NCBI GenBank assembly: GCA_963780185.1
Contig: CAWABA010000006.1
Location: 352,001 to 416,000 of the forward strand
Length of the DNA: 64,000 bases
Origin: Candidatus Bathyarchaeota archaeon
Lineage (GTDB): Archaea > Thermoproteota > Bathyarchaeia > Bathyarchaeales > Bathycorpusculaceae
Direction: 5' to 3'
Under the pieces are notes generated by a model, which did no database searches, was not told where the DNA came from, and saw only the letters and a list, made by a program, of their open reading frames with translations. The first letter of the stretch is position 1. The number at the start of each line of letters is the position of its first letter. Made by a program: the position numbers and the translations under genes. Shown here in pieces: positions 31,635 through 43,422 of this stretch.

Positions 31635-32051
31635 TTATTGTTCGCCTATGACTTGGATGATGATTGTTCTTTTGCGCGGATAAACGTCGGTTTCCACAAA
31701 GAACAGCGACTGCCAGGTTCCAAACGTGACTTGCCCGTTAACTATCGGCAGAGTCTTGTCAGGCGGAAGCAGCATGGACCGCAAATGCGAATGGGCGTTG
31801 GAGGGGTGCTGGTAGGTTTTGTTTTTCGGTGCAAGTTCTTCGAGCTACTCTTTGATGTCGTTTAGCAAGGCGTCGTCGTTTTCTGTCAGAATTAGTATGC
31901 CTGTGGCGTGTGGGGCAAACACGTGGACAACCCCGTTTCTTACGCCTGACGCAAAGACTTCTTCCTGAACTTTTTCAGACAAATCGACGAAGTCTATTTC
32001 GCCCTTAGTCGTGAAGCCGAAGCTGTAATTTACGACTTTAAAGTTCGACAT
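31635..32051 (-). CDS. YjbQ/UPF0047 family protein (frameshift near 31845)
   Basis: FAPHATGILILTEN; second frame NAHSHLRSML...FGTWQSLFFVE.D. Confidence 0.85.
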
Positions 32052-33543
32052 GCCATCAAATCTCTATTGTAACTATCGCAGAAAAACGTTTCGAGAGCCA
32101 CAACTCTGCGCTTTCGGGTGCTTGAGCTCAGTGGGTCGTTGCTGACGGGTTTAATGGGTGTTTTCGTTTTCCGAAACCGTTAACAATGTTGACGTGCCCT
32201 GTAATTCTACTCCAATCTGTCATATTTGTGATTGCTGAGTTCAGAGATTTAGCATTTATTTGTAAAAAATGTTCATTCGAGGTATCTTTCGTAGGTGCAG
32301 TTTTGAATATTTTACACGGCAACCCATTTAAGACGCCAAAAGTCGGCGGTCGATCAGTGAAGAGCAGTGGTTTAGTCCCGAAACAAGCCAACTGAGGCGG
32401 TTTTAGGTTCATTTTTAGGTTTTTGTGCTCTTTTTTTTTAACTCCAAAATGGAATTTCCGGCGACCGATGGGTGCTTTACTTTACGGAGAGCAAACGTGA
32501 GCTATGTATATTTAAGGTTCGTTTGTGTTCGAAGATTAGAAGTCTTAAGTGGTCAAAAGCAGCTGCCTCTTAGGGTTCCAAAGTGGGTTTGTCGATGCTT
32601 TTGTATACCGCCCGCACTTGATGTCTGAAAGACCTTGCAACGTAGCATCATTGCGGGGGCAAGGCAACAGAAGACTTTCTTGAGACGACACTCAGCCATC
32701 TGTCAAATCACATTTTGTGTTTGCGTTCTTGTTTTGCTCTTTGACTTGAGATTAATTTGCGCGCCCGATTGCCTGCCTCTGGTTCACCACAGGCTTCTAA
32801 CAGACTCAAGGGGGATTGTAGTTTGCATATATGGATCTGAGGGTAGGCACTTGCAATCTTTCAGTTTTTGTGTTAATTTGAAAGTCTCTTTATTGCTTGA
32901 CGTTCAGAATCGGGTTTGAGAATAAAAAAGTTTGCCGCCGATTAGCCAAAGAAAAAACGGAATTAAAATCTCAAAGTTTCCTCGTGTCATTCGGTCTTTT
33001 GCTTTGAGGCTTTGTGCTTTTGTAAGCTGCTGCTGTTACAAGAAGCTTCTAGTGGTTTATCACGCGTCACCTTCTGCTGAATAATTGGCTTGCTTTGGTT
33101 CCTCTTTTTGATTTTCGTTGGCTCTGGTGATGAATGAAAAAGATGGTAACACCTATGCAACCACAGTCACATGCCACATTTTTATCTTCAAGCGATGCCA
33201 AAGGTTTATCGACATTTAGGCAGGCTTGGGACAAGCGATATGGCGCTTGCCTTAAAATGGATGGTGAAAAAAGCAGCTCTGAGGCAGCAATTATTCGGTC
33301 AATCACGTCTCGTGAGGATCGGTACGTTGCTTGAGTGCAGAATACAATTTACGGAACTCTGATTTATTGCCATTTTTCAAATATTTGTCTTCTGAAATTC
33401 AAACATGCTGCTGCCGCCCAATCAGACAAAGCGGCTCTCCGGATTCTTCAACCAATGAACTTTGTGGCGACCAGAAAAACCCTTTTTGCAGGTGCAACAA
33501 CTTTTACCCTTAGAGATAAACAGTTACTTGTTGTTGTTCAGTT

Positions 33544-34003
33544 ATGGCTGAGGCAGGAAAGATTCTGTGGCCAGCGCGTAGCGCACCCGAAAACTGTCCC
33601 GTTGACATCCGAAACCAAATAGAAATTCCCTCAGAACCAACGGTCGTGTGGACATGGCTCATCCGCGCACAGCTTTGGCCAACCTGGTACCCGAACTCAG
33701 CCAACATGCGGTTCACCGCAGGGCAGCCGCCGGACCTCGCATTGGCCACGCGATTCAAATGAAAAACTGGGTTCCTAAATCCCGACACAAAAGAAAGCCA
33801 CCGCGTTTGGTGCAACTGTGGCTTGCAAAGTTGTGGAGTTTCTGCCTCCTACGCGTCTTGCTTACGAATTTCAAATGGCTTCTGGTGGTGGCTACCACGC
33901 GTGGCTAATTGAGAAAACTGGCGGTGGGTGCCGTGTCATCACAGAGGAAACACAGCGGGTTTGCTTGCACAGTTGCTTAAGGCGTTGGCGCCTGACAGAA
34001 TAG
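33544..34003 (+). pseudogene. SRPBCC (polyketide cyclase-like) gene, disrupted
   Basis: NQIEI...VWTWLIRAQLWPTWYPN, in-frame TGA at 33760, then VVEFLPPTRLA...GYHAWLIE...CRVITEETQ in another frame. Confidence 0.65.
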
Positions 34004-35086
34004 TGAAGCAGCACCAGGTTTGGCTGAGAAGCTCTAAGAGAAAAAGCGATTAAAGGGATGCCGCCGTAACCACCTGCATCGGTCCAAGTTGCTATTTTTC
34101 GGGAAAAGTTTTTCTAGATTTTCAAAGTTTTTTGCGTCTCTTACGGCCTTTAGAAAACGGTTTATCGCTTGGGTTATTTCGGTGAAACACCTTGTTTTTG
34201 AGGCTATTTTGCCATAATTTAAATATTTCATGGTTGATTTTCTGCGAAACGCCACGAAACAAAAATCGCCGCATTTTTTTCGATGGAAGCGATAATTTAA
34301 AAGCCCTATTCAAGCCTAAAACGCCTAAAAAACCTCATTTTAGCACTCTTCGAGTTAGCCTCAATGAACTGGCATGGGGAATATCGTGGCCTCATATAAG
34401 TACCTCCGAGAATCTCCATGCGAAGCAAACTCGGTTTTTTTCGACTTGTCTTCGAGTTTTTGCGCAGTTTTTTGTGGAGTGTGCGAAACTTTGCTGTTTT
34501 TGGACGAAAAATTTGAGGGCGGCGATTTCTTGCAAACGAGCTCTTTCTGGCAGGGGATTTTTCTGAGGCTGTGGCAATTCCACAATTTTGAAGTCGAACA
34601 ACCTTACAATTTTGGCTGAGGTGCCGACGTCAAGTAGTGGCTGAGCCCTTGAGAACGAACAGGGTGCTGAGGTTTCATAGTTTCTGTTTCAGTGTTTTTC
34701 TCGTGAGCTTCTTTGTCATTCTTGAAGAATTTATGAAATTGAGCTGCAGGTCTTATGTTCACCAGCCTGTTTCGTCGCCAATTTCATGAGTGTAATTCCC
34801 GTTTAGTCTTCATCGTTTTTGGGTCAAGCGCTAACTCTGCAGTGCTTAATGTAGTCTAAACTGGCAATATCTTTGATGTGTTGATGGTGGCGTTTACGTG
34901 ATTAGTTGTACTGGTGCGATGCACATTACTTCAAATTGTGTCCATCACAAGCATACACCACGGCACCACCCACTCGAGGCAGGTGTACAAAAGCATCAAC
35001 GCAACCTCTTTTCCAGTTCTCCTAAGGCAACAATTTTTATCCTTTGAGCGCTGATTAAGCAGTAAAACGCGAGGGGAGCAAGCCGT

Positions 35087-35521
35087 TTGAGCAAAGAAAT
35101 TGACAGAGTAAGGCTTCGTCGTTGGCGGAAAAGAGGCTTCTACAGCGAAACCGTCTTGGTGAAACTTCTGCAAAAGAAAGGCTACAACGCCGTTCGGGTT
35201 CCCGTAAGCAACCCGAGCCTTAACCCGCTTCCAGACATCATGGCAAGACGCGACCTTCACACTTACGCTTTTGAAGTCAAAAACGCCACCTACTACGCCT
35301 ACTTTCCCAAACAGCAAGTTGACAAACTCTTCCGATTCCTCAACGAATTCATCCCTTCAGAAAACACCTACAAACACGCCGTCGTCGCAGCGCACCTAGG
35401 CAAGAGGTGGCTCTTCAAAGAAGTCGCCTGGAACGATTGGGAAAAAAACAAGCTGCCTGAAAAAATCCGCATACTCAAACGCGACCGGGGAAACCTCAAT
35501 CTGGACACAACCTACGCCTGA
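35087..35521 (+). CDS. Hjc/Holliday junction resolvase-like PD-(D/E)xK nuclease
   Basis: RGFYSETVLVKLLQKKGY.AVR.P.S...PDIMA...AFEVK. Confidence 0.75.
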   Translation: MSKEIDRVRLRRWRKRGFYSETVLVKLLQKKGYNAVRVPVSNPSLNPLPDIMARRDLHTYAFEVKNATYYAYFPKQQVDKLFRFLNEFIPSENTYKHAVVAAHLGKRWLFKEVAWNDWEKNKLPEKIRILKRDRGNLNLDTTYA

Positions 35522-35593
35522 AGAAAGAAAGCAACTGTACCTCAACATATATTATCGGTTACGTGCCCCTTTACGCGGAAGAGGCAAAGAGGA

Positions 35594-36286
35594 ATGCAAA
35601 CGCAAGAAGACACCGCAGTTTATGCAGAGGCCCTTGGAAAAGCCTACCTGATAGGCAACGAAAAACTCAACGTCCTAAAAGACATCACATTTTCCATTCA
35701 TAAAGCACGCTTCGTAGTTCTCAGCGGTGCCTCAGGTTCAGGAAAAACCACCCTTCTCAACATCATCGGCGGACTTGACAAGCCAACCACAGGAAAAATC
35801 TTCGTCAACGGCCAAGACCTGACAACCCAAAACGAAGACCAACTCTCAGACTACAGATGCAACAACGTCGGCTTCGTTTTTCAGGCGTACAATTTGGTTT
35901 CAACCCTCACAGTTGCCGAGAACATCGCTTTTCCCATGGAGTGGACTGCGAAACCTCAAGAAGAAATCGAAAAACGCATCGCGGAACTGCTTGAAACCGT
36001 CGGATTAGCCAGCAGAGCCAACCATTTTCCAGCTCAGCTAAGCGGAGGAGAGCAGCAACGGGTTGCTTTTGCCAGAGCTTTAGCTAACGATCCTGCGCTT
36101 ATTCTGGCGGATGAGCCGACGGGAAACTTGGATGATAAAAACGCGCAGAAAATCCTGCAGGTGCTTCAGTTGCTGAAGGAAAAGGGGAAAACCGTTATTG
36201 TGGCAACGCATGATGTTCAAATAAAGCAGTTGGCGGATCAAGTTTTATGCCTTGAAGAAGGCGTTTTGGCGGGTAAAAATGAGTAG
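35594..36286 (+). CDS. ABC transporter ATP-binding protein (LolD/MacB type)
   Basis: [34 protein letters not shown]. Confidence 0.95.
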   Translation: MQTQEDTAVYAEALGKAYLIGNEKLNVLKDITFSIHKARFVVLSGASGSGKTTLLNIIGGLDKPTTGKIFVNGQDLTTQNEDQLSDYRCNNVGFVFQAYNLVSTLTVAENIAFPMEWTAKPQEEIEKRIAELLETVGLASRANHFPAQLSGGEQQRVAFARALANDPALILADEPTGNLDDKNAQKILQVLQLLKEKGKTVIVATHDVQIKQLADQVLCLEEGVLAGKNE

Positions 36287-38148
36287 CGCAGCTTTTCCAA
36301 TCAACGATTTGCTTCGACAGGAGGCTTCAAACAGGCTTAACCATCGCAACTTTAGCGTTAAGCGTTGCCTCCACCACGTTTCTGCTGCTGTTCAGTAGCC
36401 GTCTAAGCGGTTTAACGTCAGCGACCAACATTTTTACAATGGGAATAAGCGTGTTGTTTTCCCAATTTATTCTCTTTATAGGCATCCTTATTTTCGCAGT
36501 GGGCGCAATGTTGACTTCTTTCATAGCATTTTCCATGATGGCTCAAAGAACGCGGGATTTCGGGTTGATAAAGGCAGCTGGATGCCCAAACAGCCTTGTC
36601 GCAGGTTACTTCATGACTGAGCTGCTAACAATCACGCTGGCAGGGTGCGGCTTAGGAATAATCGCAGGTTTCTTAATGGATTACGGCGTTTCAAACTATG
36701 TTTTTTCGTCTTATAAAATGCCCAATCTGTGGTCGGGACCCATAGTTTTCGTCGTTTTCTTTGTTTTGACATTAGTTTTCGGCATTTGGCCTCTCCTTAA
36801 AGCCTCAAGAATGTCGCCGATAAAGGCTCTTTCACCCGTAACTTACCATGGTTTAACCGCAACTGCCAAGCACACGCCGCTGTCAAAATCTGGAATAACC
36901 TGGAGCATCACTAGCCGAAGCCTGCTTCGACGTCAATCAGCGACTTTTCGGATTGTAATTTTGCTGTCAATAGTCTTCATCCTGCTCACTGTTTGCATCG
37001 GAGGAGGCGTCATCGCAAGTGGCACAACCGCGGCTTGGGTTCAAGACAGCGTAGGCAAAAACACCATAGCCATAGCCCAAAGCAGCATGGGAAACCAATA
37101 TGAACAGCTCCTGTCAAAGTTTTCAGGCGCCTCAAATACAAGCGGTTTTAACTATTCCAGCCCAAATCTCTCGATTCCGAGCTCAGTTATAGCGCAACTT
37201 AGTGCACTGCCAAACGTTGACGTAGTCGATACGCGTTTGGTTCTCGAGGGGCAGATACAGGAAGTAGCCAACTTCAGCTTCACGGATACAGGCGGCGAAT
37301 CCTTCTTAGGGGGCAACCGGACAACAAACTCCCTAGTCGTCGGTGTCGACTCCGCCCATCTCTCAGCCTCATGGAACGTCGAAGGCATATTTCTGTCCCC
37401 GACTGACGTGTACCAAGCGGTTGTAGGCGATTCAATTGCCCAAACAATCTACTCACCCGACTCACACCTGGGCATATCAGCAGCAAACCCGCTTGTTGAA
37501 GATTTGACTTTTAAAAATACCTCATTCAGCATTGTCGGGGTCTGCGTTGACCCAGTAAACAACGGCTTTGTCACCTACGTTCCCATTCAAACTCTCGAAA
37601 ACGCTTCCGGACTTTTGAGCCCAAACCTCCTTTTGGTTACACTTAAGGCTTCAGCCGACCAAACAGCCGCCATCGCACAAATCGAAACCCTGTTGCACAC
37701 TGCAGATCCAAACTTGAACGTTTTTCAGCTAAAAACCGTTGTTGAAAAAGACACGAATTTTTTGGCGTCGAACTGGCAAACAATAATGATCATGCCCTTC
37801 TTTACATTGGCTGCCGCAGCCCTTTGCATGGTAAGCTACATGATGCTTGCGGTGGATGAGCAGCATCAAGAATTCGGCGTTTTGCGGTCTGTCGGTGCAA
37901 AACCAAGGTTTGTCATGTTAGTTTTGGCGGTTCAAAGCGTGGTTTTGCTTCTTTCAAGCTTTGGCATCGGAATCTCGCTTGGAACCATCATAACCATGTT
38001 GATTTTGATGCCGCAGCCCATAGTCACTGCCTTCACGATACTGGAAATAGCTGGTTTCCTATTTGCCGCCTTAGCAGGAATCCTGCTTTTGAGCCTTTAC
38101 CCAGCGTTCAAGGTGTCAAGGGCTTCAATTCTAAAGATTATGACTTAG
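36279..38148 (+). CDS. ABC permease, FtsX/MacB family (frameshift near 36320)
   Basis: Two FtsX domains (QRTRDFGLIKAAG; EFGVLRSVGAKP) and an extracellular domain; ATG 36279 overlaps the end of the ATPase gene. Confidence 0.85.
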
Positions 38149-38838
38149 TTTGTTGAAGCTTTTGTTGAAAAACTTGACGTTTTCCGCATACGCTGACAGT
38201 TGGTTTAGGAAATCTTGTAGCTGCAGTATGGGTACAACGGGGACTTCATAGTAAAATTTGAATGCGCTGGGTACAAGTGACAAAATAGCAGGCATAAACT
38301 TTGCGTCACTCCACTTTGTACACTCAATTTTCAACAAGGGGCTATGCAAGGAATCCGCTAGCGCTCGGGTGCGTTCAACCTGTGAATCAACGATTCTCTT
38401 CAGGGCCGAGGTCCCAATGGCATGTTGGTAATGTTTGCAGTCGATGCAAACTACCAAGGGTTTCTTGCAGCCGACAACATCCATTTCCCATCTTCGACCC
38501 GCCTGCTTGAAACGAACGTTGTTTGAAACAGTGTAACCGTTGTTTTTCAACGCAAAACCCGCGATTTCTTCAAACTCCTGCCAACAAAGCAAATTGCTTA
38601 CACTCTCGACGTCTGCGCCAAGAGTGAGGGCTTGAACCGCAAGTTTTAGCCTGCTGCCGGTTTCAGTTTCAACGCTGCCCTGTTTCACATAAACTAAGTC
38701 TTGGTTTTGTAGTTTTGCAAGCAATTTCATCGTGACAGCGGAAGGCAAGTGTGCATCTCTTTTGACAAGTTCAGTTAAAACAGGGCCGTCTTTTGTCAGT
38801 TTTAGAAGAGAAATTATCAGATTACGCTCAACACTCAC
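38131..38838 (-). CDS. wHTH + Mrr/restriction-endonuclease-like protein
   Basis: WQEFEE...GY...EMDVVG...CIDCKHY. Confidence 0.7.
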   Translation of the reverse strand: MSVERNLIISLLKLTKDGPVLTELVKRDAHLPSAVTMKLLAKLQNQDLVYVKQGSVETETGSRLKLAVQALTLGADVESVSNLLCWQEFEEIAGFALKNNGYTVSNNVRFKQAGRRWEMDVVGCKKPLVVCIDCKHYQHAIGTSALKRIVDSQVERTRALADSLHSPLLKIECTKWSDAKFMPAILSLVPSAFKFYYEVPVVPILQLQDFLNQLSAYAENVKFFNKSFNKLSHNL

Positions 38839-39658
38839 ACTGAACCCTCTGCAAAATAAACATTAAACCAGCAAAATGTCGCTGAATCGGGCCTAAAAAG
38901 CCAAAATAGCCCACATGTTTTCTCAACAGGTATACAAAAGCGTCAACAACCACCACTTTTAACCCCCAACCAACTTCGCCTCAGCCATTACAACCCGCTG
39001 CTCAATCAATTTCATGCTTTCTCCCGTCATTAGCCGTTGCAGGAGAGTTATCTGCAGCTAATTGAAAAACCTTCTTTATCTTTCGCAAAAACCAAACGGA
39101 ACGGGCATTCGCATAGCGAAGGTCTTTGAAAAAATACCAGACATGGAACTGTTGCGCTTTTATTGCTTCTTTTGCATGCTACCAACCGACATTTTTATCT
39201 TTTACCTGTAAAAAATTACCATTCGCTTGATTTTCGCTCAGGAAATTACACTGAATAAAACAAAGCTTGCAAATTATAACACAAGAAGGCCGATTTAGGC
39301 CGAACTTGGATCAAAATTTGTCCTGAAAACAACTGAACGGCGCCGAAACCCAGCTCAAGGTGCACAAAGTTCCCCCGTGAAAAGCCTGAAGCCCTTAACA
39401 GTTCTGTCAAGGAGCCGATTGTGACCTCATGATTGTCGTAATTGCCATTATTTTGGTTTTTTGTGTCCCATGTATATTTATAGTTCGTTGCTTTTCGAAG
39501 GATTTGCGCATTTTAGCTCAGGTTAAAACGCACGGTTGGGCAAAAAATGGGTTTTGGTGATGCTTTTGTATACGGGGCTATGCCTGATGGTAAAAGAACA
39601 CTGTTTTGCTTTTAAGAAAGATCAGAAATAGGAAAATTGAATGGTTGGGATAAGTTGT

Positions 39659-39859
39659 TTATTTTTCCTTTTCTTGGATTTCGCATTGGAGTTTCTTTAT
39701 GATTTCGTCGACTCTCAATGGCTCTATTTTCAGTGTGTACAGTTGGCGGGGTGTGCGGAGTTTCAGTTTAACGTTGTCTTTCAGTCTTTGCACTGAGCAG
39801 TATTTTGCTTTGGCGCTCATTGCTACAAATTTATCAACATCGGTAATTTCAGTTGGCAT
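39659..39859 (-). CDS. rpl38e: Ribosomal protein eL38 (L38e)
   Basis: MP.EI.D...F and KLKLRTPRQLYTLKI match the eL38 signature K.K.R....LYTL; 66 aa. Confidence 0.8.
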   Translation of the reverse strand: MPTEITDVDKFVAMSAKAKYCSVQRLKDNVKLKLRTPRQLYTLKIEPLRVDEIIKKLQCEIQEKEK

Positions 39860-39990
39860 ACGAGTTTCCTCTACAGTAGCCTTGAGGATGCATTGTCGTG
39901 TTTTTATTTGTTTTGGTTGGGAAACTGTGAAGCCTCAAAATTGAAGAAAAATCTTAAAGAAAAGGGGGTTTTAGTTAGGCATTTGTTTGT

Positions 39991-40191
39991 TTAAGCTTTT
40001 TTGGAGCGGATGCCGAGCTTAAGGTTAATCTCAACGGTATATTCTTTGTCGCTTTTTCCAACGGCAAAATTCCAGTCTTTCACTTCTACTTCCATGTCCT
40101 TGAATTGGTTAACAATGGCATCTTTATAGTCCTGCGCTGTTTGGCCTATCTTCTGCAGTTTCTCAGTTATGTTAATGGATGTTTCAGGCAT
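39991..40191 (-). CDS. Small hypothetical protein
   Basis: 66 aa with perfect GGAGGTG SD. Confidence 0.65.
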   Translation of the reverse strand: MPETSINITEKLQKIGQTAQDYKDAIVNQFKDMEVEVKDWNFAVGKSDKEYTVEINLKLGIRSKKA

Positions 40192-40382
40192 AAATTACAC
40201 CTCCCAAAAACACTCGTGTATATGCTAAAGGCATTGAGCGTTAACTGCTTTTAAAGACTTGTGGTTGTGCAGCCACAACAGCATCAAGATGGTGGCTACC
40301 CTATACTGCAAAGCTGACTTGAGCTAATTTAGGGTTCAGCCTATCTATTCAGGCAGGATTGGAATAAATTTTATTAGGCAAA

Positions 40383-40700
40383 ATGCTATTACATATGATT
40401 AGTATGACTTTAAGAAAAGTCGGGTTCTCAGCCTTTTTGTTGGCTGTGTCGCTGTATATTCTGCTTCCAACTCCAGATGAACTCGTAATCTACCCTGCAG
40501 GCGTGTTCTTCTTCGCTTATGCTTTGCATATGCCGCTTTTTTACGGGTTGCTGCTGACTATGGTTATTTACCGTGCGTTAGGCGTAAGCTGCTTAGGTTT
40601 CGCGTTAGCTACAGGCGGCAAACCAGTTTACTACATGCTCAAAAACAGATTTAAGAAAACAGCGACTGGTTACCCGCTCCTATATCAGAAAAAGCGTTAG
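40383..40700 (+). CDS. Small membrane protein
   Basis: Three hydrophobic segments, LPTPDEL. Confidence 0.55.
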   Translation: MLLHMISMTLRKVGFSAFLLAVSLYILLPTPDELVIYPAGVFFFAYALHMPLFYGLLLTMVIYRALGVSCLGFALATGGKPVYYMLKNRFKKTATGYPLLYQKKR

Positions 40701-40702
40701 TT

Positions 40703-40779
40703 TGGTGGGCCGTACCGGATTTGAACCGGTGATCTTCGCCGCGTGAGGGCGACGTCCTAGCCAGCTAGACTAACGGCCC
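40703..40779 (-). tRNA. tRNA-Val (CAC), CCA encoded
   Basis: Reverse complement GGGCCGT...TCGCC-CTCACGC-GGCGA...GGTTCAAATCC...ACGGCCC-ACCA cloverleaf, no intron. Confidence 0.95.
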
Positions 40780-40864
40780 GTTTGATGCTGAATTCAAAAT
40801 ACAGAGTTTCCTTTCATAAAACCTTTCCCCTCACAAAGACAAACCATTAGAGAGGTACAAAAAA

Positions 40865-40984
40865 ATGTTAAGACAATTTGACGATTTCGTAGATAGACAT
40901 GAAGGATCCCTTATTTTCGCCTGTTTTATGGCAAGTGCAACCGTGGGATACGTTTTAACGCACATTACAAACTTTGTGCATTAA
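40865..40984 (+). CDS. Putative 39-aa single-TM small protein between the tRNAs
   Basis: MLRQFDDFVDRHEGSLIFACFMASATVGYVLTHITNFVH*, preceded by GAGAGGT. Confidence 0.35.
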   Translation: MLRQFDDFVDRHEGSLIFACFMASATVGYVLTHITNFVH

Positions 40985-41127
40985 ATAACATTTGCTCAAG
41001 CATCTCAAAGAAACCGCAAAAACGCTTGCCTACAGGGCAATTTTTTGTTTCTATAAAAACGTAAATAAGTATCTATGATAAGAACTTAATAGCCTCTCTC
41101 AAAAAGAGGCCAAACAAATCACTTCGT

Positions 41128-41204
41128 GCCAAGGTAGCTCAGCCTGGGAGAGCGCTCGGCTGAAGACCGAGTCGTCGCAGGTTCAAACCCTGCCCTTGGC
41201 ACCA
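41128..41204 (+). tRNA. tRNA-Phe (GAA), CCA encoded
   Basis: GCCAAGG...CTCGG-CTGAAGA-CCGAG...GGTTCAAACC...CCTTGGC-ACCA. Confidence 0.95.
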
Positions 41205-41269
41205 CAACATCTGCGTGTTTCTAATCAAGTTTATATGCGAATTCCGATTTGTTATTTTGGGGTTTAGTT

Positions 41270-41824
41270 ATGGAACTTGATGTTTGCATTAAAGGTAGAA
41301 GAAGCGTTAGAAGCTTTACCGATGAACTAGTTTCAAAAGAACATGTGCAGGCAATTTTGGAGGTTGGCACTTGGGCACCTACCGGGATGAATAGGCAGCC
41401 ATGGAGGTTTGTAATCATTGAAGACAAAAAAGCCATCAACCTTGTCTCGGAGGAAACCAAAGTTTTGGTTAGGCAGACCATGCCGCCACTGGCTGATCAG
41501 TACAACACCGAACAGGACGTTATCTGCTATGATACGCCGATGCTTATTCTAGTATGCGCGGAAAAAGACAAGCAATGGGAAAACCTCAACCTTCTCGACT
41601 GCGTGCTTGCCGCCCAAAACATGTTTTTGAAAGCGTACGAGCTGGGGCTCGGAACATGCTACATGGGATTCGTCAACCTCCTAAACAGCAAACCAGACAT
41701 ACTCAAAAAAATCGGCGTCCCAGACAACTGCCAGATGATGGTGCCGTTCATTTTGGGGCACCCGAAAGCAAAGCAAGGCGCGGGAAAAAGAAAGAAGCCG
41801 GAAATTCTTAAATGGCTCAAATAA
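41270..41824 (+). CDS. Nitroreductase family protein
   Basis: RRSVRSF, APTGMNRQPWRF, AAQNMFLKAYELGLGTC. Confidence 0.92.
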   Translation: MELDVCIKGRRSVRSFTDELVSKEHVQAILEVGTWAPTGMNRQPWRFVIIEDKKAINLVSEETKVLVRQTMPPLADQYNTEQDVICYDTPMLILVCAEKDKQWENLNLLDCVLAAQNMFLKAYELGLGTCYMGFVNLLNSKPDILKKIGVPDNCQMMVPFILGHPKAKQGAGKRKKPEILKWLK

Positions 41825-41953
41825 AATTCAAACAGAATAACGCTTGAACATTTTTCAGCTAAAGGCAAAGGCGCTTTTCTTCCTTTCTTTTGATTGTCTG
41901 AAAAATATTGTCCTTTTGTCGATTTCAGAATATCCACGCGTTAAGATCGGAAT

Positions 41954-42866
41954 TTAGTGAGTTTTGTGGCACGTTTTCTTGTAAAACGCTAAGGCTGCAA
42001 AGCAGGCTAAGGTAGCTGCGACGGTGCCTAGCGAGTATTCAGGAGCGACGAGGTATTGGCCGACAAAATTTTGCTTGTCAGTGGGCGCAGTTAGGTTGCT
42101 GGGCGCAGTTATTGAAACATTATCAATTATGTGCCAATCACTGTCATCTCCAGTGGCTCCACTGAAACCGAATCCATCATAGGTTTCGTTTAACTGACCA
42201 TAGTATTGAAGGACCAATCCGCCGTCGACAAATACCCTGACATAAAGCTGTTGGACGTCTACTGAAACATTGTGCCAATGGTTATCGTTAACCCTGCCGT
42301 CATTAGCGTATAACAGGTGATTGCCTGCATAGTCCTCAATTAAGGCAATATGGTTCATTGGATGGGTCGCCTGTTGCATCTGGGTGACCCCCTGCCATAT
42401 GTTGAAAGTCCGAAGCTATGTTTTGATGACTGTCGAATTCAATTCCGTACCCTGACACAATTTTACCTGGTGAGCTAAAACCAAGGCTCCCGCCGTTATC
42501 TATGGATGTATATTGCTCTTTGTAAAAGAACATAGTAATTCCGTCAGCGCTACGAGATCCTCCGCCTATTAGGTAGCTGAAGTTAGCAGTAAAGGAACCT
42601 TCGATTGGCTGTTTGAAGAATATAGCCCCGCCTTGTCCGAAACTAGTATTAGTCAATATGACAACGTAACCGTTCGTTTGGTCTCTATATGCACTGCCCA
42701 GATACTGCCAATCGCCTGTGTTGGTGCTGAAGTCATCAGAGAACGATGTAGTTTGAGCGTCCACCCGTCTAAATACAGGTTCAAAATAGGGTAGGCAAAG
42801 CACTAACAAGAAAAACATTATGAATACAATTAACGGTTTTCTCACTATTTTCCCCTCTTCTCTCAC
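41954..42866 (-). CDS. Secreted L-type (legume/ConA-like) lectin with PEF-type C-terminal sorting signal (frameshift near 42375)
   Basis: ADGITMFF, GGSLG, IEFDS, HIAL, WHNV, GFSGATG; tail APEY + TM + KK. Confidence 0.8.
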
Positions 42867-43422
42867 ATCGATTTGGCACTCACCATGTATTTATAATTTG
42901 TCTATTATCCCAAATGCTCATGGAGGTGATGCGCGAACGTCTTTTAAGGCTGAGAGATTTCGACATTTCTCGTTTTCTTTTCCAGGAGAAGATGAGTTCG
43001 TTTTTGAGTGCAGTGAAATTCAAAATAGTTCTCAAACTGCTCTTTAGATTTCCAAGGGTATCATTGTGTAATGCATGCGTTTGCCTGTTTGATGTGCTGG
43101 CTTGCTTGTGATTGCTGCGGCACTACAACAAATATTTTTATGCTCGCTTCCGTCAATCGCTTGATAGGTTAACTAGCGTTTCCCCGCTGGTTGGCGGTTG
43201 GAGTTTGTGAGTGTAGGAGTATAACGCGGCTTTTTGGGGAAACCAATGTGACCTGTCCAAGTGGGCGTTTTAGGCGCAGACTTGTGAAGCATCGGATGCA
43301 GATTCAGCATTATAGATAATGCATCTCTGTGTTTTCAGTTTCCGAAAGCTAGTATCTAAGCGGCTTTAGGAATCAAGATGGGTCAGTGTGCTTAGCGAAT
43401 TTTTATGGAAGAATGCAGAATG

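Noticed and set aside
33760-33762. TGA at an expected Trp position as evidence of stop-codon reassignment
   Set aside because: Many intact genes here end in TGA and use TGG for Trp; this gene is also frameshifted.
40703-41204. tRNAs as integration sites of a mobile element
   Set aside because: No integrase and no duplicated tRNA 3' end noticed in the window.
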